A stretch of DNA of 63,837 nt, filler included. It is 6 parts of 6 records of this genome, joined end to end, with 100 filler letters (N's around TTAATTAATTAA, not from the genome) between each part and the next. Parts side by side here need not be neighbours in the genome. Positions count along the whole stretch, not along the records: positions 1 to 11,104 come from SRR2962707_1968; positions 11,205 to 23,612 come from SRR2962707_1970; 4 more parts are not named here. The stretch is one strand, 5' to 3'. Positions 9,401 to 15,626 of the stretch are shown here, one piece after another. A program made the position numbers and the translations under genes. The notes under the pieces are model-generated. The model was given only the letters and a program-made list of their open reading frames with translations. It had not been told where the DNA came from and searched no databases. Position 1 is the first letter of the stretch. Each line of letters opens with the position of its first letter.

Positions 9401-11102
9401 ACGCCATTGTCCCTGCACGCGCAGTCAGAGAACCCGATTCACCAGACGCGGATTGTCCAACCGATAAATCCAGACCACCAGAATTTCGGGTTGCAGCGTT
9501 GCCAGTTGAAACTTGCACATCACCAGACGTGCCAAGCATTGAAGATCCAGATAGTACGGTGACACTACCACTGCTGGAGGATTCTCCAGATGCAGAAGCG
9601 ACCATTGCATAGCCTGACGCCGTGTTGTCGTTGGCTGCGGATCCAGATACCATACGGATAGCACCTCCATCGAACGTGTTACTCGAGCCCGCAGTCATTG
9701 TGAATTCGGCTCCCGATGACGCTTTACTGGTGCCAACTTCCAGACGAATGTCACCCGCAGTGGTACGTGCGTCTCCTGTGAACAAGTGGATACGTCCGGA
9801 CATTTTGCCTTGCGACGTGCCTGTTGACAAGGTAATGTCACCTGTGTTTCCACTTACTGAGGAGCCGGAGTGCATTCCCATGTGTCCACTGGCCGATTTC
9901 GATGCAGCCGACGAAATCATGACGGACCCTGCTTGGCCGTGGGCTGATGGTCCAGATGTAAAACCAATGTCGCCACCAGCCCCACTTAGAGAACTTCCTG
10001 CAATCAAGTTGAATTCACCGCCTCCACCAGAGCCACTCGCCCCGACTGCAACTCGGACTTGACCAGCGCGATCGATAGATGACGAACCTGTGGAGATATC
10101 AACAGCACCAGACGCCAAGGAAGCTGAGCTTCCAGTCGACACGCTGACATAGCCCGATGCTCCCGCGTTGTCTGCCGTTGCGAGCACGACGTCACCGGAA
10201 TCGTCCTCAACGCTCCCTCCTGAAGTTACCATCACACCACCTCCAGCTCCTTGAGCAACCCCGACTTGGGCATGAATGCCCGAGCCACGACCAGACGCAG
10301 ACGTCCCGACCCGCAAGTGCAAAGCACCTGCATCCAAAGCGCTCGAGCCGGTTTCCACAGCTATCAATCCAGAGCTGCCCCGTGCCGCTGAGCCCGTTGA
10401 CAAAGACATTTGTCCACTTGAGCCAACCGAATCAACAGTGTTGATACCCACGTTGCCAGATTCATCGGCTGCAGCTGCACCGCTGCTCAAAGAAATGTCG
10501 CCGCCCCTCTTGCTGCCGGATCCTGCGTTTATATGGATTGCAGCACCGATATCGTGCGACGCACCCCCAACAAGTGCAATGCTTCCTGCAGTCCTTGCCT
10601 GACTTGCTCCGGTAGAAATGACAATGCTGCCGCTTTGCTCAACACTCGAACCCGTTGCAAGATGGACGTCGCCGCTTCTTTCTGCAGCCGATGAAACAAT
10701 GTTAACTGCTCCGCTGGTAGTGCCGGCCCCTGATGCAACTAACACATCTCCTGCAGCTGACTGACTTGATCGACCTGCGGTAATGGTAGTGCGTCCACCC
10801 AGACCGGAACTTGACATTCCTGCTTGAACCATGACGTTGCCAGCGGCTCCGCCGTCACTCTCGCCAGAGGAGATAGAGATGGTTCCCGTATTGCCAAACG
10901 CGGATGAGCCAGAAGAAAGGCCCACGGCTCCACTGTGCGTGAGTGAGTTTCCAGTCGCCAACACAACATGACCAGACGCTGCACCAGAGGTCGTCACTCC
11001 GAAGCCGGACCCTGCCGCCAAACGGACATGGCCATCAGCGGCTGATGCAGACGTGCCAACTTGAAGAGTGACGCCACCGCTTGCGCCGTGATCTGAGTCT
11101 CC
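453..11102 (-). CDS. Giant Gly/Ser/Ala/Thr-rich repeat protein (at least 3549 aa, 5' truncated); predicted beta-solenoid/beta-helix fibre with a C-terminal coiled coil
   Basis: The frame is open from the contig edge (11102: GDSDHGASGGVTLQVGTSASAADGHVRL, joining the ORF-track TTG start at 11021) to TAA at 453. The unit [SAG]G-x-hyd-x-hyd-x-[STAV]-G-x5-7 repeats throughout. No introns. Function is inferred only. Confidence 0.9.
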   Translation of the reverse strand, partial: GDSDHGASGGVTLQVGTSASAADGHVRLAAGSGFGVTTSGAASGHVVLATGNSLTHSGAVGLSSGSSAFGNTGTISISSGESDGGAAGNVMVQAGMSSSGLGGRTTITAGRSSQSAAGDVLVASGAGTTSGAVNIVSSAAERSGDVHLATGSSVEQSGSIVISTGASQARTAGSIALVGGASHDIGAAIHINAGSGSKRGGDISLSSGAAAADESGNVGINTVDSVGSSGQMSLSTGSAARGSSGLIAVETGSSALDAGALHLRVGTSASGRGSGIHAQVGVAQGAGGGVMVTSGGSVEDDSGDVVLATADNAGASGYVSVSTGSSASLASGAVDISTGSSSIDRAGQVRVAVGASGSGGGGEFNLIAGSSLSGAGGDIGFTSGPSAHGQAGSVMISSAASKSASGHMGMHSGSSVSGNTGDITLSTGTSQGKMSGRIHLFTGDARTTAGDIRLEVGTSKASSGAEFTMTAGSSNTFDGGAIRMVSGSAANDNTASGYAMVASASGESSSSGSVTVLSGSSMLGTSGDVQVSTGNAATRNSGGLDLSVGQSASGESGSLTARAGTMALLSDRQISLMSDVSGMTSGGIDIASAASNAQSGSLSVQSGDASNAGSISVSVGASNSAQGSAVAVLSGAALTEPGGHLALGSGWSASDTSGDVDIGSADSVSSGRARLSTGSSTEGTSGDIALLSGRSDAGASGSVILRVGESSSSSGSIAIATADNSAKAHDASVTFAAGSSRVAIASASGHIQMTTGSSVNSNTGSVLISTGSSSDARSGPVHIGTGVGEKSGAIVLQAGLSVQVGGSASILSGASAEATSGNVAIETPAGQASGNILLQTGSSAQGASGSVTVATSAANDNAGHISLQVGPSQLGVGGILSLRAGASAAHEGGTATLTSGASTVSRGGDVRIVAETGVAGSGSVSVQTASAETSPSGAIQMTTGDSLEQAGSLDLRGGSSASGAAANVGITAGSSFAGVGGDLILRSGAGSLSSGGVAVTSAASDASSGNLDLWSGSAINGGSGSLSMKTGHAKLKSGDITLSVGASQSSNAGHVTMSAGVMTMVAGVAAVEEMAGALYLATHDSASTGHVTVASGTAADGASGKVRIASGAATGRAGDVSLHVGYSSSSAGSNINLSAGSSGGIGGTIAISSGNGQEEGGDVIVYSSAAIEVSAGEQGIQMVSHSREDEATGGIMIATGASDSDSAGSVELAIGDSGAAGGDISVTSGASEVEAGSIALVGGKSSTSSGGAISVLGGAGFNGGDVVIWTGAGMTGNSGDLQMRSGSASSAGQSGALSVGSGTAASGATGAVIVASADSTSAGAGSVWVGVGIAGSGSGGQLTLTAGATTSTNVKAGDAVLAAGAANGESSSGGDLQLLGGMSASSAGGDILLTSGSSALSSSGMVSVASADASVAGSSGDVQLTSGTASYGDSGNVRVSSGSAVDRSGDVEISVGDSSSAAGDVTISAGSFSIVNLNSPGAEGAITLISGQDTATSSSGGVVVGSHNAGSTGSSGAIAIASGTSQVGTSGAIAIATGNSVVGDSGYLRLSTGTAAQGSSGGLLLHVGSAAFADGGDVEIFAGASSTGQGGFIDLASGAGASSGFVHIKTSNGGSTGGSGELLLSTGTSTAKGSGLISVASGNSHSTAGALELVVGSSSSSSGASLSASAGSTLSGSKGGRVSLQSGASADASSGSLTLASANSGNAGSSGAVSLKSGTSSNGASGGLALSTGSTRGSTATSGSITIQAGSAANSAGGDVLVASGASSASHSGAVLLSTASASGGDSGAIWIGTGSSDVDDESGNIDIRTGTASGASSGSIFIAAGTTDAAVGGSLELSSGLSTSTSSGTISITTPNAGSFGVSGSLALSAGSASGGSSGSIAIASLAAENGRGGALSMSVGGGDSGIGGELVLSAGEAASESGGAVTLVSGASDSSTGAITIRSGNAGSFGVSGAIALMSGEASASTSGAIAIASGGATDGTGGSISILVGAGDSGSGGSIDLITGVSSDSSGDLQLVTGNVASSGSSGSITIVTGASQGASGGISLFTGNSANSNAGDVALGSGHTNGASLEGGSVTISSGASTTTSSGAVTISSANAGLVGVSGSLSFASGTASSGASGSISFTTGVSDTGSGGAILMAVGDGDIDAGGDITLFAGNSGASSGGDITLRSGASDDVSSGDISIFTPDGPGTSGASGSISLVSGLASNGNSGSIRLETGDAPGGDVGSFVVHVGSSDAADGGAVHLFAGNSTSDNGGDLSLRAGATTSTTASTVGGAISISSGGAAGGTSGSLSLSTAFSDEGVGGVSVLAGSSSNEIGGEITLRTGSSVATSSGALLLATSDAGASGTSGSATLRTGNSTVGAAGDIRVETGSSAAGRGGDIWLLAGEGVTSSQGGSVSIAGGDSSDGMGGSLSVLSGAGAATSSGDIVVRTAPGGTLGESGALLLKTGATADGLSGDVTVGSGDADFANSGSVSIYSGPAQDGAGGDISIAVGNGDLGVGGSLTMGAGQSATETGGAVMISSGEGTATTSGAIVIRSANAGASGASGPVSLFSGAATNGTSGAMQIYTGVSSSGAGGSILLRVGSGSSGNGGKIDIVSGVTAAGTGGAINILAGSGAGSGDGGDVSMISGAGNAGNSGQMRISSSNATSGRAGSIVLSVGFGDSGDGGDVSLLAGTADSNIGGSVSITSGGSVSTSSGHIELATSDAGNVGASGHIWLSTGSATDSTSGELSFSTGDNADGDSGMLSLTTGAATGGSGGDILLLVGDGELSTGGLILLEAGQTDTANTGGSISLVTGASTATSSGDFSVSTADAGLSGVSGSLAFSSGNSTSGTSGHLEFSTGGSDDGASGGIFFAIGEATGGDGGQLTIETGASADASGGAVVVSTGAALGAVGDSGAIVMTTGDAATDDAGSVSITTGDGGSAGRGGDITFQAGDTSSGQGASITVNGGASSDLTGGTIALTTGSSSSTSSGDFTIATADVPVGTGQSGDIVINTGDTSSAESGAITLRTGASNGDASGDISLLAGVADGAPGGNLVFTAGRSDTDTGGSIALTTGLGADTSSGDFTVRTANAAGGGATGGISGDLLFKSGVATAGASGSVTFTTGDASGGSGGDILFAVGDSNAPIGGGVTLSTGSGDVSGGISIATAASDATGDIDLVSGIASAGDSGAISLLTSDATGGVAGSIAVVVGTGSDGEGGSISMSAGATESADGTTGGAITLTSGASEQTSSGAITIATADSGTIGQSGDVSIRSGDSVATSGAGSVSGSLALSTGDSGVSTSGDISLTVGEGTQGGAIIVAAGAATTGGGGAISLSTGASSATSSGSFAVNTPDAGLAGTSGSVSFSTGASTDGPSGAFSVQTGNAVGGTGGGISLVVGSTDHTAGGGGVLLQGGNTTGTQGVGGDIVVSGGATAFSAKGGNVLISGGVSAAGDDGNIEMTCHAFELDAVGDVTMAFENADITATTNFVVAADSITLEGTTEVLVSDGVDNYNLLDLISRRHLADQSNVDGHEVDILKKRVEELEISLREVLAQLVALQNAT

Positions 11103-11104
11103 TG

Positions 11105-11204
11105 NNNNNNNNNNNNNNNNNNNNNNNNNNNNNNNNNNNNNNNNNNNNTTAATTAATTAANNNNNNNNNNNNNNNNNNNNNNNNNNNNNNNNNNNNNNNN
11201 NNNN
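11105..11204. other. Artificial contig spacer (N44-TTAATTAATTAA-N44, stops in all six frames)
   Basis: Seen directly; an identical spacer occurs five times in the window. Confidence 0.99.
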
Positions 11205-11206
11205 AG

Positions 11207-11590
11207 ATCAACCAGGGCCAGATGGACCGCTGGAACATCGTGACCACGCTGAACTATCTGCCGCATGCCGAAGAAGTGAACATCATGCTCTCGAAGATGA
11301 AGAGCTTCGACACGGAAGAAGGCCGCAAGCAGATCGCCGCCATGGTCCGTGTCGCCGATCTCACCCGCTCGGCCTTCATCAATGGCGACATTTCGACCGT
11401 GATGAGCCCGCGTACCGTGCTCACCTGGGCCGAAAACGCGCGCATCTTCGGCGGCGATGTCGGCTTCGCCTTCCGCGTTACCTTCCTCAACAAGTGCGAT
11501 GAGCTGGAACGCGCGACGGTTGCCGAGTTCTATCAGCGCTGCTTCGGAGAAGACCTGCCGGACTCGGCGGCGAACATCAAGGTCGCCTGA
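11207..11590 (+). CDS. cobS: Cobaltochelatase subunit CobS, C-terminal part (5' truncated)
   Basis: Motifs [31 protein letters not shown] and [10 protein letters not shown]...[12 protein letters not shown]; lies directly upstream of cobT. Confidence 0.95.
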   Translation: MNQGQMDRWNIVTTLNYLPHAEEVNIMLSKMKSFDTEEGRKQIAAMVRVADLTRSAFINGDISTVMSPRTVLTWAENARIFGGDVGFAFRVTFLNKCDELERATVAEFYQRCFGEDLPDSAANIKVA

Positions 11591-11665
11591 CACGAAAACC
11601 TTGTCCGCCTCTGAACGGACTTGGGAACCGGCGCGACCTGCGAGCAACGGACGATTGAACAAGGC

Positions 11666-13588
11666 ATGAAGTCCAAGGAAAACCCCGTCGAACCGTTCAA
11701 GCGTGCGCTGAGCATGACCATGCGCACGATTGCCGAACAGCCGGAGTTGAACGTCACCTTCGGAACGGAAGCGCCGGGCCTTCGCGGCCTGCGCGCCCGC
11801 CTGCCTATGCCGAGCCGCAACCTGCCGCCCGAAGAGGCGGCGCAGGTTCGCGGCGTATCCGACGCCTATGCGCTGCGCCTCGCCCACCACGATGAAAAGC
11901 TGAACACCAGCCTGCAGCCGGAAGGCGGCAACGCGCTTGCCGTGTTCGACGCGGTGGAACAGGCGCGTTGCGAGGCCATCGGCGCCAACCAGATGGAAGG
12001 CATGTCGCAGAACCTCACCGCCGCGCTCGAACAGCGCTGCGCGGCGCGCGGTTACGACCGCATCACCACGCGCGAAGAGGCACCGCTGGCGGAAGCCGTC
12101 GCGATGGTGGTTCGCGAGAAGCTGACCGGCAAGGCACCGCCGCCTTCGGCGCAGAAGCTCGTCGAACAGTGGCGTCCCTGGATCGAGGAAAAGGCAGGCA
12201 CCGACCTCGAACGTCTTCACAACCTGATCGAGGATCAGGCCGCCTTTGCCCGCGCGACCCGCGACATCCTCGTCGATCTCGACATGGGCGATGAGCTTGG
12301 CGAAGCGCCGGACCAGTCGTCGGAAGATGCCGACGAGCAGGAAGGCGACAGCGAGGAAAATTCCGACGAAAGCCAGTCCGGCGAGGCCGAGCAGCCCGAT
12401 GGCGCGTCCGCCGAACAGGTCGAATATTCGGAAGGCGAAGGCGAGGAAGGCGACGAGCAGACGGTCGAGGTCGAATCCGACGACGTGCCGATGGACGGCG
12501 ATACGGATGAGACGAGCGAGGGCAACCAGCCCTGGCGCCCGAACCAGCAGGGCGACGACCGCAACAGGCAGCCGTCCTACAAGATATTCAGCCAGCAGTT
12601 CGACGAAACGATTTCGGCCGAGGACCTCTGCGACATCGAAGAGCTGACGCGGCTCAGGCAGTATCTCGATCAGCAATTGCAGCAGATGCAGGGCGTCGTT
12701 TCGCGCCTCGCAAACAAGCTGCAGCGCCGCCTGCTCGCGCAGCAGAACAGGACATGGGAATTCGACCTCGAGGAAGGCATTCTCGATGCCGCGCGGCTCA
12801 CCCGCGCCGTCGTCGATCCGACATTGCCGCTCGCCTACAAGGTCGAGCATGAGATGGATTTCCGCGACACGGTCGTGACGCTGCTGCTTGACAATTCGGG
12901 CTCGATGCGCGGGCGTCCGATCACGGTTGCCGCCATGTGCGCCGACATTCTGGCGCGCACGCTGGAGCGCTGCGCGGTGAAAGTCGAAATCCTCGGCTTC
13001 ACGACGCGCGCCTGGAAGGGCGGGCAATCGCGCGAGCGCTGGCTCGCGGACGGCAAACCCGCCCAACCCGGCCGCCTCAACGATCTTCGCCACATCATCT
13101 ACAAGGCGGCGGACAGCCCCTGGCGGCGCGCGCGGCGCAATCTCGGCCTGATGATGCGCGAAGGCCTGCTGAAAGAGAACATCGACGGTGAGGCGCTGAT
13201 CTGGGCGCATAACCGGCTGCTCGGACGGCCGGAACAGCGCCGCATCCTGATGGTGATTTCGGACGGTGCGCCGGTCGACGATTCAACGCTGTCGGTCAAC
13301 GCCGGCAACTATCTCGAAAAACACCTGCGGAGCGTTATCGAGCAGATCGAAACCCGCTCCCCCGTCGAACTGATTGCCATCGGCATCGGCCATGACGTGA
13401 CGCGCTACTATCGCCGCGCGGTGACGATCGTGGACGCCGAACAGCTTGGCGGCGCGATGACCGAAAAGCTCGCCGAACTCTTCGACGACGAGACAACGAT
13501 GCGGCGCGGGCAGGCCAAGGCACGCGGACAGGACGGGCAAAAGCGGCAGCCCCCGACGCTGCGCAGCGCCGCGAAAGCCGTTCGCTAA
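11666..13588 (+). CDS. cobT: Cobaltochelatase subunit CobT (acidic linker plus vWA domain)
   Basis: N-terminus [15 protein letters not shown], long D/E-rich linker, [28 protein letters not shown] and [15 protein letters not shown] at 11666 is preferred over TTG at 11621. Confidence 0.95.
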   Translation: MKSKENPVEPFKRALSMTMRTIAEQPELNVTFGTEAPGLRGLRARLPMPSRNLPPEEAAQVRGVSDAYALRLAHHDEKLNTSLQPEGGNALAVFDAVEQARCEAIGANQMEGMSQNLTAALEQRCAARGYDRITTREEAPLAEAVAMVVREKLTGKAPPPSAQKLVEQWRPWIEEKAGTDLERLHNLIEDQAAFARATRDILVDLDMGDELGEAPDQSSEDADEQEGDSEENSDESQSGEAEQPDGASAEQVEYSEGEGEEGDEQTVEVESDDVPMDGDTDETSEGNQPWRPNQQGDDRNRQPSYKIFSQQFDETISAEDLCDIEELTRLRQYLDQQLQQMQGVVSRLANKLQRRLLAQQNRTWEFDLEEGILDAARLTRAVVDPTLPLAYKVEHEMDFRDTVVTLLLDNSGSMRGRPITVAAMCADILARTLERCAVKVEILGFTTRAWKGGQSRERWLADGKPAQPGRLNDLRHIIYKAADSPWRRARRNLGLMMREGLLKENIDGEALIWAHNRLLGRPEQRRILMVISDGAPVDDSTLSVNAGNYLEKHLRSVIEQIETRSPVELIAIGIGHDVTRYYRRAVTIVDAEQLGGAMTEKLAELFDDETTMRRGQAKARGQDGQKRQPPTLRSAAKAVR

Positions 13589-13594
13589 CGCGAC

Positions 13595-14215
13595 CTATTT
13601 TGCCTTGATCCTGTAGGAACAGCGGCGCCCGCCATCGAGCAGATACTCTGCCCGTTCAATCTCCGCATCCGGCCCCAATACCATTCGAAAGATGAAGAGC
13701 TCCGAGCGGCAGAAGCCCTGGCACGCGGCAGCCGCGGTACAGACCGGACAGTGATCTTCAATAAGGAGAAGGCTCTCTCCTTCGCTTTCCACCCGCGCCA
13801 TATAGCCCTCCGCTGTGCGGATCGCCGCCAGCGCCTCGACGCGCTCCGAAAGCCTCGTCTTGCCTTCCGTCGCCTTTTCGTATGTGAGCCGCATGTCGCG
13901 CTCGCGCTCGGCAATGAGCTTGTCGAGCCCCTCTTCGCCGAAGATGCGGCGTATGTCGCCGATCATCTTGGCGGTGAGTTCGGCATGCGCATCCGGAAAG
14001 CGGGCATGCCCCTTGTCTGTCAGCTTCCAGAACTTGCGTGGGCGGCCCACGCCCTCCGCACGGTCATAGGTTTCGACCAGCCCCTCGCGCACCAGCATCT
14101 CCAGATGTCGCCGCGCGCCCATGCCGGTCATCGACAGCGCCGCGCCGAGCATGTCCGCTGTCTGAGCGCCGTTCCGTTTCAGCAGATGGAGAATGCGGTC
14201 CGCCGTGTCATGCAT
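13595..14215 (-). CDS. Winged-HTH transcriptional regulator, SufR/COG2345-like, Cys-rich C-terminus
   Basis: N-terminal HTH followed by GVGRPRKFWKLT; C-terminal EDHCPVC-x5-C-x3-CRSEL and GGRRCSY. Confidence 0.85.
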   Translation of the reverse strand: MHDTADRILHLLKRNGAQTADMLGAALSMTGMGARRHLEMLVREGLVETYDRAEGVGRPRKFWKLTDKGHARFPDAHAELTAKMIGDIRRIFGEEGLDKLIAERERDMRLTYEKATEGKTRLSERVEALAAIRTAEGYMARVESEGESLLLIEDHCPVCTAAAACQGFCRSELFIFRMVLGPDAEIERAEYLLDGGRRCSYRIKAK

Positions 14216-14365
14216 GCGCCTATTTTGTCACAGCCGGATAATTTAGCAACTCTTTGGATTATTAAATAAGACAATAAAATCAACCAGGTATCGGAAGATG
14301 GCGCACTGTCTTCTTTTTATAATCGATATAGATTATTTAATCAGGGCACAACAGGATTGAGCGTC
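14216..14365. promoter_or_regulatory. AT-rich divergent promoter region with two inverted repeats (candidate operators)
   Basis: AT-rich stretch in a high-GC contig. ATTTAgcAA-N9-TTatTAAAT at 14241-14267 and ATAATCgATATaGATTAT at 14319-14336. Confidence 0.6.
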
Positions 14366-15553
14366 ATGTCCGACCCCGCCTCCCAGATTCCGGCCCTGCG
14401 TCCCCGCCACAAGCGAAGCCTTGCCGCCGCCATCGTGTCGATGGGCATGGTGAACCTCTCCATGGGGATCGCCTTTCCGCTGACCGCGCTCATCCTCGCG
14501 CGGCAGGGCGTCGAGCCGGCCATGATCGGGCTTTCGACCGCCGCGCAAGCGGCTCCCGTCTTCGTGATTTCGCCGTTTGCGGCCCGCATCATGCGCCGCT
14601 TCGGCCCGGCGGACGTGATGATCTTCGGCTTGCTGCTCTCGAGCATTTCCTTCGTTCTGATGGCTCTCTATCCAAATCTCCTCGCCTGGTTTCCCCTGCG
14701 TTTCGTTCTCGGTTCGGCCGCGACATTGCTCTGGGCGACGAGCGAGGCGTGGATCAACTCGCTTGCGGAGGATGAAAAGCGCGGGCGCGTTATCGGCGTT
14801 TACAGCGCCGCCGCCGCTGCGGGCTTTGCTTCCGGTCCGATGCTCCTTGTGCTTATCGGCACGGACGTCACCCCGTTTTATGTCGGCGCCGCGCTTCTCT
14901 TTGCCGCCGCCGCCATCGTCGCAACGGCTGATCGCGGCCGCGGCTATTTCGGAGAGGCAGGCACCTCCTCCGCCATGTGGAAGCTGGTCTTCGTCGCGCC
15001 CGCCGCTCTGCTCGCGAATTTCTTTTTCGCGGCGGCGGAGGACTCGCTTGTCACCTTCTTTCCGCTCTACGCGATACGCACCGGCATGTCGGAAGGGTCG
15101 AGCCTCGCCCTTCTGACGGTTGCCGCCCTCGGCGCTATCGCCACCCAACCGCTGATCGGCATCGCCGCCGACAAGATGAACCGGCTCGACCTGCTGACCG
15201 GCCTCGTCGTCGCGACACTCTGCGGCTACGTCGTTTTACCTTTCGCGATGCCTGCTGCCATCGCCACGGGCGTGACCTTGTTCCTCGTCGTCGGGCTCGC
15301 AAATGGCATCTTCACCCTCGCGATGGTGCTTGTCGGCGAGCGCTTCCGCGGCGCGGAGCTCGCGGGCGCAAGCGCGTTCACCACTGCGATGTGGGGCACG
15401 GGAGCGCTGGTCGGCGCGCCGCTTTCGGGCGCCGCCATGCAGGTTTGGGATCCGCATGGTCTCATCGTCGCCGTCGTCGTGATATTCCTCGCCTATCTCC
15501 CCTTCCCCATCCTTGCTCGCATCCGCGCGAGGAAACCGGATGCGGAACTATAA
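14366..15553 (+). CDS. MFS transporter (YcaD-like)
   Basis: About 12 hydrophobic segments; motifs SEAWINSLAEDEKRGRVIGVY and GIAADKMNR. Confidence 0.88.
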   Translation: MSDPASQIPALRPRHKRSLAAAIVSMGMVNLSMGIAFPLTALILARQGVEPAMIGLSTAAQAAPVFVISPFAARIMRRFGPADVMIFGLLLSSISFVLMALYPNLLAWFPLRFVLGSAATLLWATSEAWINSLAEDEKRGRVIGVYSAAAAAGFASGPMLLVLIGTDVTPFYVGAALLFAAAAIVATADRGRGYFGEAGTSSAMWKLVFVAPAALLANFFFAAAEDSLVTFFPLYAIRTGMSEGSSLALLTVAALGAIATQPLIGIAADKMNRLDLLTGLVVATLCGYVVLPFAMPAAIATGVTLFLVVGLANGIFTLAMVLVGERFRGAELAGASAFTTAMWGTGALVGAPLSGAAMQVWDPHGLIVAVVVIFLAYLPFPILARIRARKPDAEL

Positions 15554-15626
15554 AAAGAAACCTTGAGCTTCACGGCAGCGGGAATACTCTGCGCGGCTTT
15601 TCTCTTGCCAATGGCACCTGCCGCAA

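Noticed and set aside
610-10602. Many long Pro-rich plus-strand ORFs (e.g. 1063-2949, 3667-4986, 5002-6051)
   Set aside because: Antisense shadows of the giant ORF: Gly GGN codons read as NCC (CCN in the offset frame) on the other strand, and the biased composition gives few stops.
453-11102. Giant ORF as an ice-nucleation protein, PE-PGRS, RTX or autotransporter
   Set aside because: It lacks the AGYGSTxTA repeat, PE domain, GGxGxDxL nonapeptides and a C-terminal beta-barrel ending in an aromatic residue.
11105-11204. TTAATTAATTAA palindrome recurring five times, as a possible att site or repeat element
   Set aside because: Always flanked by exactly 44 N on each side, so it is a synthetic linker.
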